Made by a program: the position numbers and the translations under genes | In this document: in pieces, positions 8,043 through 17,015 of the stretch | Layout: every line of letters starts with the position of its first letter | How positions within the stretch are numbered: the first letter of the stretch is position 1 | DNA from: Candidatus Shapirobacteria bacterium | GTDB taxonomy: Bacteria; Patescibacteriota; Microgenomatia; 0-14-0-10-38-17 | Assembly: GCA_028697345.1 (NCBI GenBank) | Contig: JAQVFF010000002.1 | Location: 1-36,590 of the forward strand | Direction: 5' to 3' | DNA length: 36,590 bases | Notes under the pieces: generated by a model | Told to the model about the DNA's origin: nothing | Databases searched by the model: none | What the model saw: only the letters and a program-made list of their open reading frames with translations

Positions 8043-9341
8043 ATGAAAGAAACAGCCAAGCTTATCAACTTTTTATCAGCGGCCACCATTGCCTTTTCCG
8101 TTGGTACCGCCAGTGATGTCGGAAAGGCTAAGGCCCAAGAATCGCCGCCACCTTCTGGGCGAAACGTTTGTATTAATATCGATGAAGCCGGTGTAGAACC
8201 ATCGCAAGGTTATGAAGGCGTTTGTCGGGTAGGTTTTGGCGTTGCCGACGGCGACCTAGAAGAGTGTAAAGACAGTTTAGTTACTAAAACCGGTATTCCT
8301 ATGCGAGCGAGCATGATTCCAATCTCTTCTGTTGATCAGGTCTGTCTCCCTGAAAAACAGGTTCAACAAAAAGATGTGCCAGAGTCGGAGAGTGTTTCTG
8401 AAGCAACTGTTTGGAATTTGCCCAATGGAGACACTCTCTTATGTCAGGAAAAGATCGATCCTCAAATAAGTAATTGTGCCGGGCACGAACCTTTGTCTAT
8501 AGTGGAAAATACTAGCGATCCCCGATTTTCTTCCGGAGATTATTTGTGTGATCAGGAAGGCGCTTGGAATGGGCCGTGTCAACAATTGGAAGAGGCGCAA
8601 GAAGTAACGCCTCCTGAACCGGTGGTTGATCCTGCCTTACCAATTGGGACGCCGGTTTCTGTTTCTAATGTTCCTGGCAGACAAGAAACGAGGCGGACTA
8701 TTGCCGGTCAGTGGAGTCGTTCGTTTAAAGAGTGGTCGGAAAAAACAGCTCCTTATAAGGGAATGTTATCGGCTTGCGGGTTAAGTTTGGTAGGAGTTTC
8801 TTTACTTTTATTGGCTTCAATAAAGAATTCCCAAAAGGAAGCTGAAATTGAGAAAAGACAAATGAGAGAACAGCGTATAGAGGACTTAACAGGGGTCTTT
8901 TTTGGTAGAATTAGAAAAGAGTTATCTGATATTACTGGAGACAGGGATTTTGGAAAAGGGTGTTTGGGCCTTGTCAGAGAAGAGGCGGAAATTTTGGCCA
9001 GAAGAGCCGAAGGGCGGTATACTCCAAAAGAGCTTTTCGAAAGCATGAGGGAAGCGGGTATTAACAGCCCGATAACAGGTCTTGCCGATAAGATATTGGC
9101 CCAAAAGGATAGTTCCAGTAAGGACGGGAGTGTTTCTGGTCGGAAGCGAGGGGTTTATGGAGTGGGCGACGGTACCCTGAAAGGAATCGTTGAAGATTTA
9201 ACAGATTCAGGACTCAGTCGGCGCACTGTTTCTTTGTTTGGTTCTCGTGGCCCTCGTGACAAACAACAAGTAATGATGGTTTATCATAACCAAGAAACAG
9301 GCGAGAAGAAGGTGGTTAAGGATGAAATTGGTGACCGCTAG
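8043..9341 (+). CDS. Hypothetical single-pass membrane protein with a Cys-rich exported N-terminal half
   Basis: It has a signal-like N-terminus, about 10 Cys in the first 190 aa, an internal TM (SACGLSLVGVSLLLLASI) and a charged cytoplasmic tail. Confidence 0.55.
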   Translation: MKETAKLINFLSAATIAFSVGTASDVGKAKAQESPPPSGRNVCINIDEAGVEPSQGYEGVCRVGFGVADGDLEECKDSLVTKTGIPMRASMIPISSVDQVCLPEKQVQQKDVPESESVSEATVWNLPNGDTLLCQEKIDPQISNCAGHEPLSIVENTSDPRFSSGDYLCDQEGAWNGPCQQLEEAQEVTPPEPVVDPALPIGTPVSVSNVPGRQETRRTIAGQWSRSFKEWSEKTAPYKGMLSACGLSLVGVSLLLLASIKNSQKEAEIEKRQMREQRIEDLTGVFFGRIRKELSDITGDRDFGKGCLGLVREEAEILARRAEGRYTPKELFESMREAGINSPITGLADKILAQKDSSSKDGSVSGRKRGVYGVGDGTLKGIVEDLTDSGLSRRTVSLFGSRGPRDKQQVMMVYHNQETGEKKVVKDEIGDR

Positions 9342-9383
9342 GAAATTTTTACAGGATAAGATAACAAAATTCAGCAGTTTTTT

Positions 9384-9815
9384 ATGCCAAGAATTCATAT
9401 TGCCATTATGCGTCGGTCTTGGGGATTGACTAAGAAGATACTTAGCGGGGAAAAAACGGTGGAAACTCGCTGGTATATGAATAAGTATAAACCCTGGGAT
9501 CAAGTCTCTAAAGGAGATATCATTTATTTTAAAGACTCTGGAGGCCCGGTAACTGTAAAAGCCAAAGTGTCTGGTGTTAAACAGTATACCAATTTAGACG
9601 AAAAAGGAAGAGAAAAAATTTTTAACAAGTATTCTCAACAAGATTTAGGAGTGTCAGAAGTGATGTCTGAAATTAAGGCGTATATTAAAAACAAGCGCTA
9701 TTGTATTATTATTCATCTTAAGAGCCCCAAAAAAGTAACACCATTTAATATTAATAAAGACGGTTACGGCGCAATGGCCTCTTGGTTAATTGTTGACGAT
9801 ATTCGAGAAGATTAA
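9384..9815 (+). CDS. ASCH-domain protein
   Basis: The N-terminus IHIAIMRRSWGLTKKILSGEKTVETRWY fits the ASCH beta-barrel signature (SGxKTxExR). Confidence 0.7.
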   Translation: MPRIHIAIMRRSWGLTKKILSGEKTVETRWYMNKYKPWDQVSKGDIIYFKDSGGPVTVKAKVSGVKQYTNLDEKGREKIFNKYSQQDLGVSEVMSEIKAYIKNKRYCIIIHLKSPKKVTPFNINKDGYGAMASWLIVDDIRED

Positions 9816-9905
9816 ATTACTGCTCCAGCGATTTAATATAGTGGTTTTTAGGGTAATTATGCCAAGCGGGGAAAAAGCGCTGATAACTTTAATTTAATTA
9901 ATTTA

Positions 9906-10667
9906 TTATTGGGTAAAAGCAAAAGTTAAGAGGATGTTGTCAACGATATTCTGATAGCCTTGTCCGGTAGGGTCGCTGGTTCCATTAATAATTTCTACAG
10001 CCAGGGTTTCATCAGAGGATGATAAGAAAATATATTCAAATTCTCCAAGTGACGAAGCAGTAAAGGTATAGCCGCTTAGTTGGCCAATGTTAATTTCGGT
10101 TACTGGCTTGGTAATTTGGCCATGTTGTTTTAATTCCTCCATTTTACTGATGGCATATTCTTCAAGAGTGATACTATCCAAGGAAAAATGATAAGAAAAA
10201 CTTAGGCTAATACCGTCGTAAAATTCAGTATCTTCCTTTTGGGTTGGTCCGGGAAGCGAAAGGATAATTACCGAATCTCGCTCTTCCAAGCTAATTTCTT
10301 GAGGGTATTTAAAAGCGTAAAAGGTGTTTACGTTTAAATAAGTAAGCCAGTTCCTTGTTTGATCTTCGACAGGAGAAGTGGTAGGTGTCACCACTGAAGG
10401 GGCAGGGCTTAGAAAAAGAGTTGTATCAAGGGTTTGTTGATTAACAGCCCGATCAAGACTTTGTTTTAATTGGTAATTTTGGTAAAAAAAATAACCAGCC
10501 ACCCCCACTAATAAAAGTATTAAAAGGAGTATCAGGCCAGCCACCAGCGGCGATTTTGAGGTTTTGGAAGGAGTCGGTGAAGGAGTAGTCTGGTGAGGTC
10601 GAGGAACCTCCTGGTAATTTGGTTTTGGCTCCGTGTCAGGAGCCTGAGGAGCAGTTTCTTCAGACAT
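9906..10667 (-). CDS. N-terminally anchored hypothetical protein with a Pro/Thr-rich cytoplasmic head
   Basis: A P/T/S-rich first 40 aa is followed by a TM (LVAGLILLLILLLVGVAGYFFY) and a ~180-aa exported domain. No family recognised. Confidence 0.55.
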   Translation of the reverse strand: MSEETAPQAPDTEPKPNYQEVPRPHQTTPSPTPSKTSKSPLVAGLILLLILLLVGVAGYFFYQNYQLKQSLDRAVNQQTLDTTLFLSPAPSVVTPTTSPVEDQTRNWLTYLNVNTFYAFKYPQEISLEERDSVIILSLPGPTQKEDTEFYDGISLSFSYHFSLDSITLEEYAISKMEELKQHGQITKPVTEINIGQLSGYTFTASSLGEFEYIFLSSSDETLAVEIINGTSDPTGQGYQNIVDNILLTFAFTQ

Positions 10668-10789
10668 ATTTTAATATTACCACAAATTTAAAAATTAGTT
10701 AAATTATGGTTTTCAATTGCTTTCTCCTTAAATTATATTAATGTATAATTTTAAGAGAATAGTTAAAAAAAAGGAGGTGAGTTATAAGA

Positions 10790-11482
10790 ATGAAAAGAAC
10801 AATGATTATTTTGTCGATAATTACCTTTTTTATCATTCCGGTGGTGGTTTTGGCTCAAGAGGGTTTAGTTGGCCAGGAAGCTCGACAACAGAATAGGGTT
10901 CAGGATCCGACTACCAACTTGGCAACAGATACTCCTCAGGGTAATCAAATTCAGAACCAAAATCAGATTCAAACTCAAAACCAAAACGAGGACAGCCAGT
11001 TACAGGTTAATACCCAGGAGCAAGAGTCTTTGCAGATTAATAAACCCAATTCAAGGAGTCAAACGGCCAGGGAAAATATGAGCCAAGTAGCTCAAAAAGT
11101 TGAAGAGTTGTTGGCGGTTCCAGGTTATCAGGGTGGCATTGGCGATCAGGTTAGGGAAATTGCCCGAGCTCAGAGACAAGCTCAAACCCAAATTGAGGGA
11201 GAATTGGATAAGCTTGAAACCAGAAGCGGCTTTGTTAAAAGGCTATTTGGTCCAGATTACAAGGCGGTTAAAGGGCTAGATCAACAAATAGAACAAAATA
11301 GATTAAGGATTCAACAGCTTGAGCAGTTAATTAATCAGGTGCAAAATCAGGCCGAACAGGACCAAATACAGGAGACGATCCAGGCCCTAATTGAGCAGAA
11401 TACCGCTCTTGAAGAACAAATTCAAGCAGAAGAAAAAACAGCCAGCCTATTAGGATGGTTATTCCGGTTGTTTAATCGCTAA
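10790..11482 (+). CDS. Secreted Gln-rich coiled-coil protein
   Basis: There is a perfect SD (AAGGAGGTGA) and a signal peptide (MIILSIITFFIIPVVVLA). It has a QNQNQIQTQNQN low-complexity stretch followed by heptad-like Q/E/L repeats. Confidence 0.6.
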   Translation: MKRTMIILSIITFFIIPVVVLAQEGLVGQEARQQNRVQDPTTNLATDTPQGNQIQNQNQIQTQNQNEDSQLQVNTQEQESLQINKPNSRSQTARENMSQVAQKVEELLAVPGYQGGIGDQVREIARAQRQAQTQIEGELDKLETRSGFVKRLFGPDYKAVKGLDQQIEQNRLRIQQLEQLINQVQNQAEQDQIQETIQALIEQNTALEEQIQAEEKTASLLGWLFRLFNR

Positions 11483-11584
11483 ATTACAGCGCCAAACAGT
11501 AACAAAGGTGAGTGGAGTTTATGAAAAAGTTATTTTTTTGGTTGGAGAGTTTTTATTGAGGTCGGGTTTTTAAAAGAAGCAAGG

Positions 11585-12739
11585 TTGAAAATAATTGCTT
11601 ATCAAGATGAAAGAATAATTTTTCAAGAAACAAATTCTATCATGGAACCGCAAATAAACGAAAACAGTTCTCAAAAAATTGAAACAGCCAGAACCAATTG
11701 GCGAAGAGTCGACTATGCCAAGGAGCCTCTTTTTGGTCCCGAAAACGAAGAAGTATTGGAAGTTTTTAGAGGAAAAAATTTCTTAGTTGAAGGTTCTCGT
11801 GAGATAAAAGTTGATCCGTCAACTACTCTACCAGAACAATTTAAAGAAGATTTGGGGGTCATTTGTGAAACCTCTCAATCTTTAAAAAAAGCCGCCGATG
11901 ATTTTGACATTAATGGGATTTCGGCTAATACTGATAGGCTTTTGGGAGTAATGGAAGCCTGGAGACAAAATTCTGGCGACAATAATAACAAGCTTTTAGA
12001 TTTTCTTATATCGGCTCTAAAACATGATGTCAGGAAAAGTCCGGCAGGGATAAAAAGTTATATTTCTTCTTTGGAGGAAGAAAGTTTGATGCTGGTTTTT
12101 AAATCTAATATACAAACCCTTGCCCAAAAGACCAAAAATACAGCCAGTTATTGGAATAATGTCATCAAGCTTATTTCAAGAGAAAGTGATGATTTAGTAT
12201 TTATAAATGCGAGGGAAGAACTTGGAAAAGTTAGAGAGATTATTGGTGCTGGACTTCCTTTTGAGATGACCAAGGCGGGGGGTTTAAATTTAGAGAGCGG
12301 TAGCATTATAGATTCTTCGTTAACAGAAAGGGAGCTTGGCAATATTCAAATACCGAGCGGAATACTATCGCTGATAGCGCTTAACCTTAGGGTTAATTCT
12401 GAGGCGGTGGCGACGGAAAGAGACAGGCCAGATATTTTTAAATATTCGTACCGTTTGGCGACAGAGGCAGATGGTGATCATTGTCTTGTTGTCCGGTTTT
12501 GGGACAAGGCAGGCGGTTTTCCAAGAGAATATTTTGATCAGACAACCGGCTTACCATTGGTCGGTGAAACTATCAGAACTGGTGGTACTGGAGTAGGCAT
12601 GCAAATTATTGGGCACTTAGTGGAAGCCATGAAGGGAACAATTGAGGTTGGTAATTGGAGTGAAAAAGAAGAGAAAGAGGCAAAGGACGGCGCAGTTATT
12701 ACTATTAAAATTCCTCTTTCTCTTGATGTTTCTTCTTAG
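11585..12739 (+). CDS. Soluble histidine kinase (HisKA-like + HATPase_c), no adjacent response regulator
   Basis: The H-box is LKHDVRKSPAGIKSY, the G1 box is WDKAGGF and the G2 box is GTGVGMQIIGHLVE. There is no TM segment. The start is uncertain: TTG at 11585 or ATG at 11642. Confidence 0.7.
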   Translation: MKIIAYQDERIIFQETNSIMEPQINENSSQKIETARTNWRRVDYAKEPLFGPENEEVLEVFRGKNFLVEGSREIKVDPSTTLPEQFKEDLGVICETSQSLKKAADDFDINGISANTDRLLGVMEAWRQNSGDNNNKLLDFLISALKHDVRKSPAGIKSYISSLEEESLMLVFKSNIQTLAQKTKNTASYWNNVIKLISRESDDLVFINAREELGKVREIIGAGLPFEMTKAGGLNLESGSIIDSSLTERELGNIQIPSGILSLIALNLRVNSEAVATERDRPDIFKYSYRLATEADGDHCLVVRFWDKAGGFPREYFDQTTGLPLVGETIRTGGTGVGMQIIGHLVEAMKGTIEVGNWSEKEEKEAKDGAVITIKIPLSLDVSS

Positions 12740-12748
12740 GTTTTTAAA

Positions 12749-13030
12749 ATGAGCAATATTCAACAAAATACTGATCAAAAGATAAAATCTGTAAAAAGGA
12801 TTAATCGGTTAGTTTTGTTATTTTTCTTTCTGGTTTTAATTCTCGTAGGGTTACTATTTTATTGGAGTCTTTGCTATAAAGACAACAGCCAACTGATTGG
12901 CGGAGAGCGTGACGAGGGTGGTTGTTTAATAGGAGCAGGTTATCAATGGTGTGAGCCAAAACAAAAATGTTTGCGTCCTTGGGAAGAAGATTGTTTGGAA
13001 GATTATTCAGATATCCAGCAAGTTCAATAA
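12749..13030 (+). CDS. Small N-terminally anchored protein with a 4-Cys C-terminal module
   Basis: A TM (LVLLFFFLVLILVGLLFYW) is followed by GGERDEGGCLIGAGYQWCEPKQKCLRPWEEDC. Its stop overlaps the next start (TAATG). Confidence 0.5.
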   Translation: MSNIQQNTDQKIKSVKRINRLVLLFFFLVLILVGLLFYWSLCYKDNSQLIGGERDEGGCLIGAGYQWCEPKQKCLRPWEEDCLEDYSDIQQVQ

Positions 13031-14073
13031 TGACCACTTATTTTTCTACCTTCATGTCGGGTTTGCAGGAGGTGGTTGAGGAAGCTTTAAAAAAAGATTT
13101 AAAGAACAGCACAAAAATAGAATTACTCCTTGATGGTTTGGTCGTTTATCGAAGTAATGAGCCGCCAGGAAATATCAAAAAAATTCGCTTTTTAAACAAC
13201 ACTTTCATCTTGTTTCGTTTTTATCAGAAAAAATTATCTCCTAAAGTTTTAATTGAAAAAGTTTTACAAGAACCAAATATTATTACCAGTCTCCCCCTTG
13301 GGTTGGTCAAAAATACGACCAGGTTTAGGGTGATAGCCTCAAGGGAAAACCAGGTGATTGCTCTTGATAAGAGGTTATTGTCAAAAATTGAAACGGTTTT
13401 GTCACGAAGATTGATGCTAAAGGTTAACAGAAAACTTCCTGACATTGAGGTTTGGTTTTTAACCAGAAGGGAAGGATATGCTTTTATTGGCTTAAGGATC
13501 ACCAAAACCCCCAATTATGAAAAAAGCCTTTACAAAGGAGAGCTTCGTCCGGAATTGGCTCATATTATGTGTTTGTTGGCCGATCTGGGGCACCAAGATG
13601 TAGTTTTGGACCCCTTTGCCGGATATGGTTCTATTCCCCTGGAATGCGTTAAACACTTTAGTGTTAAACAAATTTTTGCCGGTGAAAAAGACAAGAGCGT
13701 TTTTAGAATACTTCGCAATAAAGCAGTAAGGCATAGTCCAAAATTAGTAGTTGGTAATTGGAATGCATTAAATCTTGATTTTTTAGTCAAAGCCTCAATA
13801 GACAAGATAATTACTGATCCTCCTTGGGGGTTTTATGGAAAGGAAAAGATCGACATCGTGGATCTTTATAAGAATATTTTAGGAGAATTTTCCAGGATTT
13901 TGAAAGTTAATGGTCTGATTGTTATCCTGACTGCCCAAAAAGAAATATTTGAAAAACTAGTGAGGCAATTGTCATGTTTTAATCTTCAGAAGAAATATGA
14001 CATCTTGGTGTCTGGAAAAAAGGCGGCGATTTATCGGCTTAAGATGATAAAATCTGGTAATTGGCAAAAATAA
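13030..14073 (+). CDS. Class I SAM-dependent RNA methyltransferase with N-terminal THUMP-like region
   Basis: Motif I is VVLDPFAGYGSIPLE and motif IV is DPPWG. The N-terminal ~150 aa resembles the THUMP/ferredoxin-like module of RlmL/Trm14-type enzymes. I chose the ATG at 13030; the track ORF starts at 12967 inside the previous gene. Confidence 0.7.
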   Translation: MTTYFSTFMSGLQEVVEEALKKDLKNSTKIELLLDGLVVYRSNEPPGNIKKIRFLNNTFILFRFYQKKLSPKVLIEKVLQEPNIITSLPLGLVKNTTRFRVIASRENQVIALDKRLLSKIETVLSRRLMLKVNRKLPDIEVWFLTRREGYAFIGLRITKTPNYEKSLYKGELRPELAHIMCLLADLGHQDVVLDPFAGYGSIPLECVKHFSVKQIFAGEKDKSVFRILRNKAVRHSPKLVVGNWNALNLDFLVKASIDKIITDPPWGFYGKEKIDIVDLYKNILGEFSRILKVNGLIVILTAQKEIFEKLVRQLSCFNLQKKYDILVSGKKAAIYRLKMIKSGNWQK

Positions 14074-14258
14074 CGGTTTCGCTAGGAAAGAGGGCGAAAA
14101 TAACGCTTCGTCTTTTATTCTTGACTTTTAAAAAAAGAATTACTATTCTGATGATTAAAGTAGGTGGCTTATTCTTTGAAAAACAATAATGGAAAGTGTC
14201 TTTCTTGTCTTCTTTTAAAATATTTTTTAAAATTCTTTATAAGAAGGAGGTGAAATAA

Positions 14259-14813
14259 ATGAAAAAATCATTAATGTTTGTGGTGGCGGGATTATTAGTT
14301 GTTGTTGCGGTTTTGTTGGTTATCGTTAGTCAAAGATCAAAAATTGCCCCCTTAGTAACTAATAACCTTATTGATAGTGATAGGCAACAAGATTTGTTTA
14401 GCGGCACCCTTAAGGCGGCAATAGCCAAGGGTATTCCTATGAAGTGTTCTTACGAGATTAATGGGGTGGAATATGAGAGTTATGTTAAAGGAAAAAAATA
14501 TCGAGGTATAATTTCAAAAGACGGTCAGACTCAGGAAATTTTAATGGCTGACAATTATATGTATACCTGGCAGGAAGGCAAAACTCAAGGACTCAAAATG
14601 TTCTTTGATCTAGAATCCGACGAAGAAACGGACGAAACCCTTATTAATCCGGATATGGAATACAAGTGTTGGCCGGCGGTGATTTCTGACGACCAATTCT
14701 CTCTTCCAGATGATATCGACTTTGTGGACTTGGATCAAATTACAAGCGGAGAATTATCGGAAAGTCAGCTTCAACAACTGGAACAAATGTCTCAAACAGG
14801 CCAGGAAGAGTAA
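14259..14813 (+). CDS. N-terminally anchored acidic hypothetical protein
   Basis: There is a perfect SD (AAGGAGGTGA, 5 nt upstream), an N-terminal TM and an acidic C-terminus. Confidence 0.6.
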   Translation: MKKSLMFVVAGLLVVVAVLLVIVSQRSKIAPLVTNNLIDSDRQQDLFSGTLKAAIAKGIPMKCSYEINGVEYESYVKGKKYRGIISKDGQTQEILMADNYMYTWQEGKTQGLKMFFDLESDEETDETLINPDMEYKCWPAVISDDQFSLPDDIDFVDLDQITSGELSESQLQQLEQMSQTGQEE

Positions 14814-14840
14814 CGGGTATCGGGTAATTTATTTTGAGAC

Positions 14841-15809
14841 CTAACTTATTATTTTATGTGTCCAAAAGGCGAATCTTTTGTTTTCTGGGGCTGAGGATTG
14901 AGGATTTACTTTTGGATGGTCATCGTTAGGGGGATAACCATGAAAAAGAATATTGTAAGTTGCTTGTGTGATACCAAAACCAGGTTCCCCGGAACCATTT
15001 TCCCCCAAGCCAAAAACCACCAGAGAATGACCAGAATATCTTTCCCCTCTTTCAAGCGCCTTCTTAGTTTCTTCTTTAACAACGTTGTCTGGTGTTACTG
15101 CCAAGCCGATACTTCCCACTAGAGATTGTCTTAAGCTCTCCTGGGAAGTAACTTCCTGCCAGCCATAGTTTATGCCGTATGTTCTTAGCCAAAGGTCAAT
15201 GTCGTTGGAGCTTAAAAAACGATGAGAGCCGGTCTCTGGGTCACATTTTCCCCGCTCTTGCTCAAGTTGGTTTATGCCAATGGAATAGGGTTCTCCGGTT
15301 TTTTTGTCGTATAGCGAGCCAATCACATCGTTTCCTAAAATAAGGCGAAGAAAATCTAAGGCGTAAATGTTACAAGCATAATTGTCTTCTGGGTTTGGAT
15401 TCCATTCGCGATTATAACGAAGACTTTTTTCTACATCTAAAAAACCAATCGCGGCAGCGAACATATGGGGCAAAGAAAGGTTTCTGATTACTGCTACGGT
15501 GGCGTTCCCCCAGTAAGTAAGATCAATTCCTGGTCGAGTTTCGTCAAGCATCTGTGAATCTTCAGGCGTTTTCATATTTCTACCTTGCTCGATCCATTCT
15601 TCAACTGTTTTAACGATCTCAGGATCAAGTTTTTTGACTGTTTCTTGTCTTCTGGTCGTTTCTCCCTGATTTGGCGGGGCTTCCTGAGAGGGTGAGCAAC
15701 CGCTAGCGCTAAGAGCGGTGGCGGCGACAGTAGCCGTTATCCCGGTCAAAAATTTTCTTCTATTTAAAGTAGTTTTTGGACTAGTTCCTTTATTATCAAC
15801 TTCAACCAT
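14841..15809 (-). CDS. Tat-signal exported protein, possibly a papain-fold (Cys/His) hydrolase
   Basis: The twin-arginine motif NRRKFLTGITATVAATALSASGC also has a lipobox-like SGC. The candidate catalytic Cys is in NYACNIYALDF and the candidate His is in YSGHSLVVFG. The fold assignment is an inference only. Confidence 0.55.
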   Translation of the reverse strand: MVEVDNKGTSPKTTLNRRKFLTGITATVAATALSASGCSPSQEAPPNQGETTRRQETVKKLDPEIVKTVEEWIEQGRNMKTPEDSQMLDETRPGIDLTYWGNATVAVIRNLSLPHMFAAAIGFLDVEKSLRYNREWNPNPEDNYACNIYALDFLRLILGNDVIGSLYDKKTGEPYSIGINQLEQERGKCDPETGSHRFLSSNDIDLWLRTYGINYGWQEVTSQESLRQSLVGSIGLAVTPDNVVKEETKKALERGERYSGHSLVVFGLGENGSGEPGFGITQATYNILFHGYPPNDDHPKVNPQSSAPENKRFAFWTHKIIS

Positions 15810-15854
15810 AGAAATTGGATTGTTTTTTCATTTTTAATGTAACCTACCCAATAA

Positions 15855-15870
15855 ATGATAATTTTATCAT
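15855..15870. promoter_or_regulatory. Palindrome ATGATAA-tt-TTATCAT upstream of the Tat-signal gene (Fur-family-box-like)
   Basis: The arms are a 7-2-7 perfect inverted repeat, 46-61 nt upstream of the ATG at 15809. It resembles the TGATAAT/ATTATCA half-sites of Fur-type boxes, but the AT-rich background makes a chance match possible. Confidence 0.3.
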
Positions 15871-15916
15871 AAATAACAGTTTAATATTTAATGTTTTTTT
15901 AGGGAAGTTACAGAAT

Positions 15917-15947
15917 AAAAAAAATGCGGCTGGAAAAACCGCCGCAT
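15917..15947 (-). terminator. Rho-independent terminator (hairpin ATGCGGC/GCCGCAT followed by U8 on the minus strand)
   Basis: Stem 15924-15930 pairs with 15941-15947. The A8 run at 15917-15924 gives a U-tract on the minus-strand RNA. It lies 50 nt downstream of the Lys-rich micro-ORF. Confidence 0.75.
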
Positions 15948-15997
15948 TTTTATCAATCAACCACCACTAACGGACTTATTTTTTTCGGCCCTTTTTC

Positions 15998-16075
15998 TTA
16001 GTGGCCTTTTTTTTTAGTGGTTCTTTTAACCGCTTTCTTAACGGTTTTTTTAGCCTTTTTTTTCTTAACCGGCAT
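15998..16075 (-). CDS. Lys-rich micro-protein (25 aa: MPVKKKKAKKTVKKAVKRTTKKKGH)
   Basis: It is too short for the ORF track. The SD AAAGGTGGTGA lies 5 nt upstream of the ATG (16075-16073) and a strong terminator lies downstream. An A9 run sits near the 3' end. Confidence 0.45.
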   Translation of the reverse strand: MPVKKKKAKKTVKKAVKRTTKKKGH

Positions 16076-16422
16076 TATTTATCACCACCTTTAATTTAAA
16101 AAAGATCAAGAAGTTGATCAAAAGAATCTTTCAAAATAAACGAAGCGCTTGATGATAAATTACCCAGGGCAGTGAGCATATTTATTAAATAGTTTTTCTC
16201 ATAATTTACTTGTGGTGTCAATAGCATTTTATTGCCGATATCAAGGGAAAAAGTTTTCTTTTTAGTCTGATTATCTTTTGGTTTTTTTAAAATAGCTTTT
16301 TAATAAAAATTAAGACATGTGGCAAGAAAATGTTAAAAGGTCTTGCAATTTGGTAAAATTATTATTAATATTAAAAAGAAAAAGGTTTAAGGTTTTGAAG
16401 AATATAAAAAAGGAGGTGAAAA

Positions 16423-16935
16423 ATGAATAAAAATACCATTATTGCTATTGCCGCTTTAGTTTTATTGGTGGTAGCCGGCTTTTTGGTTTTTAATCAAAGT
16501 AGTGTTCAGGCGCCAGAAACGGTTGATATTGGAGAGGCGCAATTACCAGAAGATACTGTAACCCTGGAAGAAGCAGAGGTTCCCCAGACGGTGGTAGAAG
16601 AATTTTTAACCAACCTGGTTAAATCGGCGCCACCGGAATCTGATGAAATAGCTTACGAAACGGCTGTTTCTTTGCTTTCTCAAGATGCTAAAACATTGGC
16701 AACTGACGAGGAAGGCGATATTGTTCTGCCGTTACTGGTTGGTATTCAAGACCTTCCCGATATGGGTTATCAGGTAATCAGCGTCGAATATCAAGATGAT
16801 TTGGTTACCAATGAGGAAGACAGTTTGGCCTTGGTGACTGTGGAAATGAGATATTCCGGTGGAGATATCGAGCGGGTTTTTGCCCTTTCCTTAGCTGATG
16901 GTCAATGGCTGATAGATCGGGTAACTCAGGAATAA
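16423..16935 (+). CDS. N-terminally anchored acidic hypothetical protein
   Basis: There is a perfect SD (AAGGAGGTGA). A possible promoter is TTGCAA (16343-16348)-17-TAATAT (16366-16371). It has an N-terminal TM. No family recognised. Confidence 0.6.
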   Translation: MNKNTIIAIAALVLLVVAGFLVFNQSSVQAPETVDIGEAQLPEDTVTLEEAEVPQTVVEEFLTNLVKSAPPESDEIAYETAVSLLSQDAKTLATDEEGDIVLPLLVGIQDLPDMGYQVISVEYQDDLVTNEEDSLALVTVEMRYSGGDIERVFALSLADGQWLIDRVTQE

Positions 16936-17015
16936 ACAAAAAACTATTTCCTGAAGGATTTTAGGGTTTTTTTGTCGTTTTCTAGTTTGGTTTTTGATGG
17001 TTTTTAAAATTTGAA

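Noticed and set aside
16096-16179. 27-aa minus-strand ORF (MLTALGNLSSSASFILKDSFDQLLDLF) just upstream of the Lys-rich micro-ORF
   Set aside because: It has no SD and no distinctive composition. It is more likely part of the leader.
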